Shown piece after piece: positions 8,801 through 18,931 of a stretch of DNA of 64,000 nucleotides (its first letter is position 1; each line of letters opens with the position of its first letter). Where the stretch lies: the NCBI GenBank assembly GCA_038146705.1, contig JAYQSB010000002.1, positions 8,688 to 72,687 on the forward strand, given 5' to 3'. Below the pieces are notes generated by a model. The model ran no database searches and had not been told where the DNA came from. It saw only the letters and a program-made list of their open reading frames with translations. A program made the position numbers and the translations under genes. The stretch comes from Candidatus Poseidoniales archaeon. GTDB lineage: Archaea > Thermoplasmatota > Poseidoniia > Poseidoniales > Poseidoniaceae.

Positions 8801-10011
8801 TTATCAACGGCTTCAGTTGAATCTTGCCCATCAGAGCAAGAAGATTCGCTCAAGTTTGGAAGAATTGCTTCTATGAAAGCCTCTGGTAAGAGTTTACGGT
8901 CGTTTTCAACGAGGGAAATGAAATTCGCAAGCCCTTGGGCTGTCATCAAAATTGTATCGGCCAACATTGTGAGGTTTCGATGTCGCCCAACATGTGCCTC
9001 AAGTGAGAAGTAGACGAGCATGGCCATGATTTTCTTTGCAGGGTGGTTGGTTAATGGACCATCGATTGAAGGTTCTTTCAGCAAATTCATACGTCGTTGA
9101 ACATCGTTGTTGATGCTGTCTAGGACTTCATCACTATTACCTGCATCAAATAGAGCATCGAGAAGATCATTGAGTGCTTGTGTGAAGTCTTCGTCTCTGT
9201 TTGTCACACGGATTTCAACCACATTTCGCTCAGCAATATAGCGCAATCCGTTGCATCGAAGACCCAAACGAATTTGTGCTTTGAGACATTTGTCCACAAT
9301 AAGTCGAGCTTTGGTCACAAGTTCAAGAGGCAAATCAAGTGCTTGACGTCGATTGGCTAAATCAACTCGTTGAATCAACCCGAGGAGTGAACACCACTCA
9401 AGGATTGCCATAGCGAGAAGGTAATTGTTAAGGCGGCCTGCAGTAGACCCATTCTCGTCACCTTGGCGTTGAAAGAAGTCCTTTGAGATGCGGTTTGTAC
9501 TTTGAGCTACATTCTTGAGATTCTTCTCACGACGCCCAGATTTCTGTTGATGTTGTTTGATTGTTTGGAGGTCTTCTTCACTAAAAGGGATAATGCAGGC
9601 ATCGATAATACGTTCGATTCGAAACATGGTATCCTCACCAACAAGGTCAACAACAGCTTCTTTCACCTGTCGTAACTGAGGATTTCGTTCACGGACTTGC
9701 GTACGCTGTGTTCCAAAAATGTATGCTCTTCGAAGTTGACGATTCACAGCGCGGCCAGTGTGATCAACGCGGCTTTGTGATGGTTGAAAGGTCCCACCTA
9801 AATCAGCATTTGAGCTCACACGTTCGTGGGTTCGCTCATCGCCAAACAGACTTCCTCCGTTGTTAAATTCATCATTTTGAGACAGTGGCATAACAAAACC
9901 ACAGTCGAAACATACGCATTCAGCTTTTTCTTCTTCTTTGCGGAGGTTCGACCCGCCGCACATTTCACAATTATTTTCCATTTTTTTCACCTCGTGATGA
10001 ATGGTATTCAT
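8797..10011 (-). CDS. Zinc-ribbon protein with a TFB/TFIIB-like N-terminus. Divergent from canonical TFB; function uncertain.
   Basis: The N-terminus CEMCGGSNL...x15...CVCFDCGFV (C-x2-C-x15-C-x2-C) matches the TFB zinc-ribbon pattern. The rest is helical but has no clear cyclin-box conservation. The likely start is the internal ATG near 9981. Confidence 0.3.
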   Translation of the reverse strand: MNTIHHEVKKMENNCEMCGGSNLRKEEEKAECVCFDCGFVMPLSQNDEFNNGGSLFGDERTHERVSSNADLGGTFQPSQSRVDHTGRAVNRQLRRAYIFGTQRTQVRERNPQLRQVKEAVVDLVGEDTMFRIERIIDACIIPFSEEDLQTIKQHQQKSGRREKNLKNVAQSTNRISKDFFQRQGDENGSTAGRLNNYLLAMAILEWCSLLGLIQRVDLANRRQALDLPLELVTKARLIVDKCLKAQIRLGLRCNGLRYIAERNVVEIRVTNRDEDFTQALNDLLDALFDAGNSDEVLDSINNDVQRRMNLLKEPSIDGPLTNHPAKKIMAMLVYFSLEAHVGRHRNLTMLADTILMTAQGLANFISLVENDRKLLPEAFIEAILPNLSESSCSDGQDSTEAVDN

Positions 10012-10125
10012 GAATGAACTTCACACCAAAAAATACCGTTCGTTGCCCCCGACGACACCAAAACATGAATTTTATTCATATTGTTCATTTTCAGCCTAAT
10101 TATTACGGAAAAGGGTTGGTTTCGG

Positions 10126-10190
10126 CAGGGAATTTATACTATGTGGGCGGCAGTTTATAAACTTTGCGTATAATTTTCCACCTATAAAGC
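10126..10190. promoter_or_regulatory. AT-rich divergent promoter region with TATA-like boxes (ATTTATAC, TTTATAAA, CTATAAAG) between the zinc-ribbon gene and the AddB-like gene.
   Basis: A 300-nt intergenic gap between divergently oriented genes contains TTTATAAA at about 10154-10161, which matches the archaeal TATA consensus. Confidence 0.3.
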
Positions 10191-10310
10191 CAATTTAGAC
10201 ACCATAGAATGTTGTGAACTTCACATACGAGAGTCGGGACTCCACAGCGATTAATACTCACCATGGAATGTTATTAAACGCTCGCATCTGGTACTCAAAT
10301 ACGAAGGGAT

Positions 10311-13300
10311 GTGGAGTTTTTTTTGATATCATCGGAACCGGTTGAATTGGGACGAGGCGTCCCTAATTGGTTGTTTGATTCAATCGTTTCTGGGGCAATT
10401 TCCAATGTCTTGTTCATTCATCCGACAACAGAACACAGAAATGCTTTGATGACCCGTCTTCGATACGAAGACGTTACAACTCACCCAAATCACCATGTAA
10501 CATATGACGGACTCATTCGACAATTAGCAAGCGATCTACGACTTCATACTCCATTCGAAGACGATGTCGCATTACTCGAAAAAATCCACAATCTGCTTGA
10601 GAAACGAGCGAGTGAGTTTGCATTTCCCGTCCTGCACAATGGCGCTCACCCCTGGACATTTGCAAAGACTCAACGAATTATCAAAACGCTGAGGACGCTT
10701 TTGCAAGCGGAACTACCTTGGAATTGGGAGGCAAATCCGGGTTTTGAGGATGTATTGTCCGAGCTTCAAAAATTCGAGGAAACGCACCAGAAAATGATAC
10801 CATTCCTCACAGAATTTCATGTGAATGCTTCACTGAAAACTTTGGACAAACGACCTTTTCATCTCCAACTTGTTGATGGCGTCATCGTTCTGAATCACCC
10901 ACCAGATTATTCTCCAATACAAACATCAATTCTACAAAGATTATCTTCGTGGCTTCCTTTTCATCAATTGATTGCACAAGGCCAAATTCGCTTAGGTCAC
11001 CGTGGAAGTTCGATTCTAGACGCACATTTTGATTCAATCAATTCTCTTCCACTTGGACTCGATAAAATCGAGCGCGATAAACTCATGCATGATGGGTGGC
11101 AAACATCAAACGGCATTAGCCATTATCCATCCTTTCTTCGAATTCTTCTCGATGACAAAATGCAGACAATAGAATCAGTGTGCCAATTCATTTCAGAATA
11201 TTTACAGGAACATCAAGGCAAGATCATCATCATCGACCCATGCAAAGAAGATCATCACAATGCTTGGCGACATCATCTCACCATGATGGGCCTACCTGTT
11301 GGGCGTTCCGCAATTCCGATTCAACAAACTCCATTTGTTCAGCAACTCGTCGGTTTAGCAAGAATAGGATATGGTGTGCACGCTTGGTCTCTCAACCATC
11401 TTTTGAGGTTTGTTCACACAGTCGGCTTACCATTGAAAACCGATCTTTTTCCCGAACTCAAGCATCCACAAAATGAAGATTGGCGGCCAGTACTTCATCA
11501 CAATGTCCTGCAGAAATGCTCCACTATCCACCATGTTTTAGGCGGGCCAGGGGCGCTGGGACGATGGCGTGGCACATTGTCACAAATGCAACCCATCGAC
11601 TCGAGGCATGAGGTCATCACGAAGCAAGAAATCGAAGAAACCCTTTGGGCTCTTGCTTCAATTTCAAGATTAATGTCTCCTTTATTGTCATCAGAGGACC
11701 AATATGTTGCCCAAATAGAAGTTGAAGGCCCGATGAGTGAAACAGAATTACCTCTACCATCGAGCCCATCCAATGTGTTCGCATGGTTTGAAGAAATTCT
11801 TGAAAAAATAGATTGGGAAGAAATTGTTAGTGACCTCGACCAAGCAAATCATGAAGCCCAAGCATTGGAAAAATTTATCCTTGAAATTCGAAAGTTACAG
11901 TTGAGTATCCATACATCAACATGGTCGAAACTCACTCCGCATTGGTTTTTCGAAAGAATGACGTACATTTCGACTAAAATAAAAACAGATGCCAGCCAAG
12001 TGAATTCCGATTTGATTAAAATCATGACCCCTGAGCAAGCCTTTGGCCTTGAATGTGATTTGCTCATTCTCACGTTTATGGATTTAGAATCATGGTCGAT
12101 GAAACAACCAGTCATTCCTTGGTTGGATGAGTTCACGAAAAAAGAGCTTGGCTTTCTTTCGAACAGTTCAAAAATTCGACAAGGGCGTCATCACCTTCGT
12201 CATTTGTTGAATTGTTCCCCCTTCGCTTGTATTTTTGATGCTTCTTTAGAGGAGGGGGGTGAACCCGCAACACCTTTGGCCGAATGGTACGCTGAACTTA
12301 ATGAAGAGGAATTTACCAATCTCGCATCGCCTTTTGAATGGATGATGGAAAAAGGTAGCGATTCACTCTCATCGTATTGGGGGACGACGTACGATAAGAA
12401 GGACAATCTCCATTGGATTATTCCAAAACCTTTGCGAATTCATCAAGTCAAAGGTGCATATTTGATTGAAAAGCATGGCTCAAGTCAAAGAAACATACGC
12501 CAAAATGTTGGTCTCGAAGTAAAGTACGGGATGCAGCAAACCCAACCAATACATCGTAACAATTCATTTTTGCCAAGTTTGGAACGGGCACTGCACCAGG
12601 ATCGTATTTCGAGGCAACCCTCAAAAAATACCTTGACGAGGGGAGAAACGTTGTCTTGGGAATCCCGCAAGTACCGCACAACAATATCAGATTTGAAAGA
12701 GGGATTGAATCTTCTTCAAGCACATAAAGTGGAAGGTTTAGGAGGAGAATATCCGCATTTAGGGGTAAAAGGTGGGGGCAAAACCATCACACCGTACATC
12801 GACCCGCGACCACTCCCACCTGCCTTTGAATCACAACCAGAAATCGAACACTTTAGTGGTACAATTGAATCATCCTTAGAGCGAGAGCGTTGGTCACCTT
12901 CTCGACTTCAAACTTGGATAGAGTGCCCCCGTAAAGGTTGGGCAAAACAATTTCTCAACGTTGAGGATGCTCCATCAGAACTTGAGGAAGACATCAATGC
13001 AATCATGCGAGGAGATATGGTGCATGAGGTCCTGGCCCACATCCTTAATGGTCATGGTGTTGTTGCATATGATGGGGAGGTGAAAGAACCAACTCCACTC
13101 CATGAAGGACCAATTTCGAACCCGATTGATGGATGGATGCGAGCCCTAGAATTTCTTGCTACAAATGTGACATGGTTAGAATTAGATTTTGCTATCTCCG
13201 TGCATCGATGTCGAAGCCTCATTGGTTCAACTCCGGAAGCATGGCGCCAATATCTGGAAGGAAAAGTGACTCTGCAACCTCAAGGAAGTTTGGGCGATTT

Positions 13301-14030
13301 AATTCAGAAAACGTACGACTTATCTTCCTGTGCACCGATTGCAGTTGAATGGCCAGTCTCTGATGGAGAGTCAAGCCATGTGAAGATACTGGAAAAGTCG
13401 GATTTGGAACTTTGTGTGAATGGATTTGCTGATCGTGTCGATATATTCATCCCATCAGAAGAATTGGAAGACGCACTTATCGATGAAGGATTCATCGATG
13501 AAAAACAGTTTGATGAACCCTTCCCAATGCAATATATCGACCAACAACGTTCTGCTCAGAGATATGTCATCATTCGAGATTTCAAAACGGTGAATGGTCC
13601 TAAATCTGACAACATTGGGAACCGTCATTTCAAAGGATTAGTTCGTGAAGTACAACTTGCACTCTATGCAAGAGCATGGGAAATTACGCATCCAAACGAC
13701 AGGGTTATTGGCGTAGGCATTAGTGAAGTTGGTGAATGGACTGAACATTATGTCGAAATTGACACAACTGCTTTTCCCCACGGCATTCAAATCAATGGAA
13801 TTGGAAAGCAGACGAATATTTTGAGTCGGCTTTATCCTTCGTCAATTGATGCAGAGAATGTATCTTCTCCATTTCGTGTATGGATGAACGAACGCATTGA
13901 GACGGCCATGAGGGTCATTGAGACGGCATCGAATGGATATGTGAATCCGACACCCGGCCGCCATTGTTCATATTGTCCAATCAACACTGTTTGTACATTG
14001 TTTGACCTAGCGGGGGGTGAACTGAATTGA
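10311..14030 (+). CDS. AddB/RecC-like subunit of a helicase-nuclease complex: inactive helicase scaffold plus a C-terminal RecB-family nuclease with an Fe-S cluster.
   Basis: 1239 aa with a GTG start and no Walker A motif. C-terminal nuclease motifs: CPRKGWAKQFL (first Cys), GDMVHEVLAH, FADRVDIF, IIRDFKTV (D-x-K), QLALYARAW (QxxxY) and CSYCPINTVC (Cys3). This matches the AddB/Cas4 iron-staple nuclease architecture. Confidence 0.65.
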   Translation: MEFFLISSEPVELGRGVPNWLFDSIVSGAISNVLFIHPTTEHRNALMTRLRYEDVTTHPNHHVTYDGLIRQLASDLRLHTPFEDDVALLEKIHNLLEKRASEFAFPVLHNGAHPWTFAKTQRIIKTLRTLLQAELPWNWEANPGFEDVLSELQKFEETHQKMIPFLTEFHVNASLKTLDKRPFHLQLVDGVIVLNHPPDYSPIQTSILQRLSSWLPFHQLIAQGQIRLGHRGSSILDAHFDSINSLPLGLDKIERDKLMHDGWQTSNGISHYPSFLRILLDDKMQTIESVCQFISEYLQEHQGKIIIIDPCKEDHHNAWRHHLTMMGLPVGRSAIPIQQTPFVQQLVGLARIGYGVHAWSLNHLLRFVHTVGLPLKTDLFPELKHPQNEDWRPVLHHNVLQKCSTIHHVLGGPGALGRWRGTLSQMQPIDSRHEVITKQEIEETLWALASISRLMSPLLSSEDQYVAQIEVEGPMSETELPLPSSPSNVFAWFEEILEKIDWEEIVSDLDQANHEAQALEKFILEIRKLQLSIHTSTWSKLTPHWFFERMTYISTKIKTDASQVNSDLIKIMTPEQAFGLECDLLILTFMDLESWSMKQPVIPWLDEFTKKELGFLSNSSKIRQGRHHLRHLLNCSPFACIFDASLEEGGEPATPLAEWYAELNEEEFTNLASPFEWMMEKGSDSLSSYWGTTYDKKDNLHWIIPKPLRIHQVKGAYLIEKHGSSQRNIRQNVGLEVKYGMQQTQPIHRNNSFLPSLERALHQDRISRQPSKNTLTRGETLSWESRKYRTTISDLKEGLNLLQAHKVEGLGGEYPHLGVKGGGKTITPYIDPRPLPPAFESQPEIEHFSGTIESSLERERWSPSRLQTWIECPRKGWAKQFLNVEDAPSELEEDINAIMRGDMVHEVLAHILNGHGVVAYDGEVKEPTPLHEGPISNPIDGWMRALEFLATNVTWLELDFAISVHRCRSLIGSTPEAWRQYLEGKVTLQPQGSLGDLIQKTYDLSSCAPIAVEWPVSDGESSHVKILEKSDLELCVNGFADRVDIFIPSEELEDALIDEGFIDEKQFDEPFPMQYIDQQRSAQRYVIIRDFKTVNGPKSDNIGNRHFKGLVREVQLALYARAWEITHPNDRVIGVGISEVGEWTEHYVEIDTTAFPHGIQINGIGKQTNILSRLYPSSIDAENVSSPFRVWMNERIETAMRVIETASNGYVNPTPGRHCSYCPINTVCTLFDLAGGELN

Positions 14031-17000
14031 CCCAATTTAACAACAGCCAACGTCTTGGTTTAGATATCGATAAGCACATTGCACTCGATGCGGGTGCAGG
14101 CACTGGGAAAACAACGGTGATGGCTCAACGATACATTCAACATTTGTTGTCACCAATCCAAAGAGCAACAATAGCGACGCTTCCAGGTCCACGTGAAGCC
14201 TTGCGGTCCGCTGACTCTCTCAAGTCTTCAAAACAATCGAGAACACATCCAAAACACTGGCTAGGTTTGCTTCCGGCAGAGGTTGCTGCAATTACCTTCA
14301 CACGTAAGGCCGCAGCAGAATTAAAGGGACGGATTCGAAATGTTCTTTCAACGCTATCGGATACATCAACAGCGGGTAAAAACGCTGTTTTTGACCCTCG
14401 ACTCCAAAAGAGTGGAGATGTGGAAATGCTCTTATCAGAGCTTGATAATGCACCTATTTCCACAATTGATAGTTTTCTTAGTCAACTTGTTCAACCATAC
14501 CTTGACCTCGTTGCAATCACGCCTCCTATTGAGCAGATTTCCGAGGAATTGTCCCAAATTTTGATTCTCGAAACCTTGAGTAGTATTTGGCGAATGCGTC
14601 ATGTTGATGATGCCTTAGAAGCAGGTTTGCTTGAGAACCCAATTGAATTTCTTGAAGCAAGGGATCGCTTAACCGTGCGATTAGGAGGTCAAGCAAACGC
14701 TGCAATTGTGATTCAAGGATTAATGTCGAAATCGATGTTTGTCGAAGAGGCGTATCGAAATTTGATGCGACGAGCCGAAGAGAAAGGCATTGAATTCCAT
14801 TCACAACAATCTGAATCAGTTCAGTTGCTGTTCGATATCATGCTGGATACGTTTAATGAAAACAAACTCGATGAGTTTACTGAAGTTCTTCATCAAATCT
14901 TAGAGAATTGGGTTGACAATTTCCGAGCCTACCCCTCCCAGTGTATTCCTTCAGGGCCAACATTTTCACAATCTCGAATGCATCATCTCATTCATCTCGT
15001 GGAAAACCCCTCTCATCAAAATCCATTGGATAAATTACGCTGGATTTGGCGAGTGTGCCTATCCATTTCCAGTTTCTCAAGTTTATCGAGTGGAAAACCG
15101 TCATTTTTCCCTCGAGGCAATTTACCTCATGATGAATGGGTCGCTGGATTATTCAAGAAAGGGGAATCAACCTTTTCAGACAAGGAACTAAAGAATCAAA
15201 CCTATAGCAAAGGTGTTGAATATTCCGATGCAATCAAAGAGCATTTGAACCACCAAGAACACTCAATTTTTCTATTACTTGCCCGGTGTATTTTCACAAT
15301 TCAACCAGGTGATGGATATTCATTCATGCCTTCGAACGCAAAATCGTATCTATACGGTTTAGAAAAAGACATCCCAACAGGCCATGAACATCTGAATCAT
15401 TATGTTTCAGAGCAACTACAAATGGATGTTATGCAAGATTTATTTTTCATTCACAAAGGTGCACATCAAATCCATTCGCACAGAAAATCAATAGACGGAT
15501 TCAATGATTTCGACGATATCCTCAGGTTTGCTTCTGATTTGCTGCTCACCCGATGCCCAGATATCTGTCGTCAAATGTACCCTAATGAAGCGGTTGAAGC
15601 ATTGGATTCGATGACATCGGAACCTTGGAAAGATGCACACATCGCAAGGGCACTCACCATTTTGCATGATAATGAACGCTGTCGAAGCGATTTACTTCAC
15701 AGATTTCAGATTTTGCAGAATCTTCGTCGGCAGTTTAGAGCGTTTATCATCGATGAGTATCAAGACACGAACCCTAGTCATGCCCGTCTTCTTTCCAGAC
15801 TATGGGGACGAAGATTGAAACTTTCCGACGAATCAGAAACAGACGATTGGTATTGGGACCCAACAATTTGCATTGTCGGGGACATGAAACAGAGTATCTA
15901 TCGTTTTCGACAAGCAGAAGTCTCTGTGATGAGAGATATGGTTGAACAAATTCGAAGTGCGAATCGTCAAGAATATTCCAATCCTAGTCTCCAAGATTTG
16001 CGAAAAGAAGACCATGGAAGAGATCCAAGACCAGTTGGTGACGGGGCATCTGGAATTGCATTTACCAATAAACACGATGATAAGCAAAAAAGTGCACCAC
16101 ATACATACATACATTTTGCTGCAGGTGATGACGAGGAAGGGAAATTCATCACAGACCTAGACCGAATTCAACGTCGTCGGGAAGGTCATATCGATATGAC
16201 AACAAATTATCGAACAAATTCACATCTCCTTGAATTCATGAACGATGTTTTTGATGATGTGTTTTCATCACGTCACGAAACGATTGTGGGTAATTGGTAC
16301 GCTGAACCTCAGCGATTACGTCCAGGTAAGAATCAATCAGGTGGACATTTAGAATGGTTGGTGCCTATTCAAACACATCTTGAGCAAGCGAGTGTTGACA
16401 TGAAAAAGGCATTTGACCCATTCCTCGATGCACGCTCTTCAGTCAAACAACTTGAGAATGAACTCATTGCCCAAAGAATTGAAGCTCTACTTTCAGGGCA
16501 ACAAACTCGAGTTTGGGATACTGAAAATCTTGAATGGATAGACATTGTTGATGGTTCAATTTATCAACCCAGTGATGTCATGGTTCTCTTCCATGCCCGC
16601 ACACATGTGGCAGATTTAATTCAAAGGTTAGGCCATAGGGGAATTCCAGCAGTATCGGATAAACAAGGGGCTTTGCTGCACCAGCCAGTAATACAACCTT
16701 TGATATCAATGCTTGAACTTGTCTCGAATCCTGAATCGAAAAGAGCATTGTTTGGAGTCTTACGCTCACCTTTGGTTGGATTGACGGACGACGAAATCCA
16801 TGAAATTTTTAATTCAAAACTCGAGAATGATTTATTTTCATGTTTTGATTCTGAAATCTTTTCCGGTCCAATCAGGAAGATGTTTGTCGATGTGAATTCC
16901 TTACGAATTAAAGGGCGAATCGAGGATGCATTTGCCTACCTTATCGATTATTCAGACCTACTCGTAGTGCATTCAACAGAATCAGAACGAAATCATGTTG

Positions 17001-18931
17001 AATCATGGTGTGAATTATTAAAAACGACTCTCGCCGAAAATGGTTACAATATTCTTGCAGCCCAAAGACACATGAATGCATTGAAAGATCTTGGTAAAAA
17101 AGGACCACCTGCGGAATCATCTTCGTCATCAAATGCAGTCCAAATTATGACATTACACAAATCAAAAGGTTTGCAAGCAAAAGTCATTATTGTGGCAGGA
17201 ATGTTTGACGCAGGTCAACGAGATGCCTCACAATCAGTACAAGATAACGTGCTGGTAACACCTCAAGTTGTTGCAGGTCGAATTCAACCATGGACTGACC
17301 ATGACCGCCCTCACGATGGATTGTGGGAATTTACGAAAGCGATTGATGATGCTCAAGGTCGTGCTGAACGGCGTCGACAACTCTATGTTGCACTTACAAG
17401 GGCCGAAGAGCGTCTAATTTTTGTCGGCTCACCCAGCAGCATGGGGTCATACGATGAGGACTCAAAGTGCTTTAAAATCAAGCGAAGTCAAAGCACTCGC
17501 TCTTTTGGAAATATGCTGATTGATGCCTTACGTCATGTAGCAAAACGTGGTGCTGACGCCGAATCTCCATGGTTACTCGAGGGTGATCTGAATGCAAATA
17601 TTTTACCTCCAATGGATGATAGCCCCATTTATCTTAATCCAAAAGAATTGCTCATTGGTTCTACATTCCACACATCTGCAGTCCAATCTCTCCGCGTCTA
17701 TCACCATCCCGATTGTTTCCAAACGAAGCAACCTGACTCAGTGATGCAACAATCAATTGATTTGTTTGATAAAATAGTTCAGTCGATGGACCAAAAAGAG
17801 AGCAAGAAGAAAATTCCTCAATTCAAGATTGACTTGAAAGGAGCTGCCTACGACATCGATACATCGTTTCGCTGCCCACGAAGATATTGGCTAAGCCAAG
17901 TGCTCGGTTGGCACACTGAACCTCTCTTTCTTCGTCAAAATGACATGCAAGAAGCCTCATCCAACTTTCCAAATCCTCGCGAATTTGGATTGATAATGCA
18001 CAGATTGTTGGAGGTGGGGCTACCAAATCCAATCAACATCAGTGAGAATACAGCAAATCTTTCGGTCGAATGGCATATTGAAAATGAGAATAAGCTGCTC
18101 GATGTCGATACCATCGAATCAGTACTTTCCGAGTATGGAATCACGAAAGAAAACAAGAAATTTGATTCGACAAAGAATCGCATTCTCGCCATTTCCGAAT
18201 TATTTGAACGTCAAAAATTAGGTTTGCTTTTGAAAGGCAAAGAAATGAATGGTTTGTTTGCTGAGGGTTTGAGAACAGAACTCCCTATTCGGCATATTCA
18301 TCATTTTGGAGATTTACGTCTCGAGTTGACTCGATCAACTCCATTCGGTGACCAGATCGATGCTGTTGTCGATGAAGCATCGATGATTTTTGAAGGAAGA
18401 ATAGACCTTGTCATTGCATTAAGAGATAAGAAAAACAATGGCTACCTTCAGGTTGTTGATTTGAAAACAAAAGGTTGTCTTGATGATTTTTCCATCGACA
18501 TGATTAACCCACATCCTCTTCAAGTCATCGATGAAGACTCAATGCACCCAATGCCAACAACATTAGCAGAAGAAGAGCTGCTTCAATCCTACCGATTGCA
18601 ACTAACGCTTTATTCAATGGCGTTAGAGTCCATCGAATCAAGAAAACCAAATCATATGCGAAGAAGAATACTTCCACCTGCCATTTTAGTTGGGGCCTCA
18701 GGCAGAATGATCGAACTCACCTCTGAACAATATGAACAAGCGAAAAATGATTTGAGCCAGCATCTTGAATGGCGAACGAAGGTCAACGCAGCACCAGGAG
18801 TTGTTCAGACACCCGACCGCCTTGATTCAGGAGAAGAATGTATGTCTTGTCCGTTTTTCCGAGGACATGTTCGCCGATGTGGGCCAACATCCGAACCATT
18901 AGGACTTATCTTGCCTGAGCAACGAGAATGA
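14027..18931 (+). CDS. AddA/AdnB-like UvrD-family (SF1A) helicase with a C-terminal RecB-family nuclease carrying Fe-S cysteines.
   Basis: SF1A helicase motifs in order: Walker A DAGAGTGKTT, Ia ITFTRKAAAELKGRI, II FIIDEYQDTNP, III IVGDMKQSIYRFRQAEV, V MTLHKSKGLQAKVIIV, VI LYVALTRAEERLIFVG. C-terminal nuclease: FRCPRRYW, IDLVIALRD, VVDLKTK, QLTLYSMAL, CMSCPFFRGHVRRC. TTG start overlaps the upstream stop (TTGA). Confidence 0.75.
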   Translation: MTQFNNSQRLGLDIDKHIALDAGAGTGKTTVMAQRYIQHLLSPIQRATIATLPGPREALRSADSLKSSKQSRTHPKHWLGLLPAEVAAITFTRKAAAELKGRIRNVLSTLSDTSTAGKNAVFDPRLQKSGDVEMLLSELDNAPISTIDSFLSQLVQPYLDLVAITPPIEQISEELSQILILETLSSIWRMRHVDDALEAGLLENPIEFLEARDRLTVRLGGQANAAIVIQGLMSKSMFVEEAYRNLMRRAEEKGIEFHSQQSESVQLLFDIMLDTFNENKLDEFTEVLHQILENWVDNFRAYPSQCIPSGPTFSQSRMHHLIHLVENPSHQNPLDKLRWIWRVCLSISSFSSLSSGKPSFFPRGNLPHDEWVAGLFKKGESTFSDKELKNQTYSKGVEYSDAIKEHLNHQEHSIFLLLARCIFTIQPGDGYSFMPSNAKSYLYGLEKDIPTGHEHLNHYVSEQLQMDVMQDLFFIHKGAHQIHSHRKSIDGFNDFDDILRFASDLLLTRCPDICRQMYPNEAVEALDSMTSEPWKDAHIARALTILHDNERCRSDLLHRFQILQNLRRQFRAFIIDEYQDTNPSHARLLSRLWGRRLKLSDESETDDWYWDPTICIVGDMKQSIYRFRQAEVSVMRDMVEQIRSANRQEYSNPSLQDLRKEDHGRDPRPVGDGASGIAFTNKHDDKQKSAPHTYIHFAAGDDEEGKFITDLDRIQRRREGHIDMTTNYRTNSHLLEFMNDVFDDVFSSRHETIVGNWYAEPQRLRPGKNQSGGHLEWLVPIQTHLEQASVDMKKAFDPFLDARSSVKQLENELIAQRIEALLSGQQTRVWDTENLEWIDIVDGSIYQPSDVMVLFHARTHVADLIQRLGHRGIPAVSDKQGALLHQPVIQPLISMLELVSNPESKRALFGVLRSPLVGLTDDEIHEIFNSKLENDLFSCFDSEIFSGPIRKMFVDVNSLRIKGRIEDAFAYLIDYSDLLVVHSTESERNHVESWCELLKTTLAENGYNILAAQRHMNALKDLGKKGPPAESSSSSNAVQIMTLHKSKGLQAKVIIVAGMFDAGQRDASQSVQDNVLVTPQVVAGRIQPWTDHDRPHDGLWEFTKAIDDAQGRAERRRQLYVALTRAEERLIFVGSPSSMGSYDEDSKCFKIKRSQSTRSFGNMLIDALRHVAKRGADAESPWLLEGDLNANILPPMDDSPIYLNPKELLIGSTFHTSAVQSLRVYHHPDCFQTKQPDSVMQQSIDLFDKIVQSMDQKESKKKIPQFKIDLKGAAYDIDTSFRCPRRYWLSQVLGWHTEPLFLRQNDMQEASSNFPNPREFGLIMHRLLEVGLPNPINISENTANLSVEWHIENENKLLDVDTIESVLSEYGITKENKKFDSTKNRILAISELFERQKLGLLLKGKEMNGLFAEGLRTELPIRHIHHFGDLRLELTRSTPFGDQIDAVVDEASMIFEGRIDLVIALRDKKNNGYLQVVDLKTKGCLDDFSIDMINPHPLQVIDEDSMHPMPTTLAEEELLQSYRLQLTLYSMALESIESRKPNHMRRRILPPAILVGASGRMIELTSEQYEQAKNDLSQHLEWRTKVNAAPGVVQTPDRLDSGEECMSCPFFRGHVRRCGPTSEPLGLILPEQRE

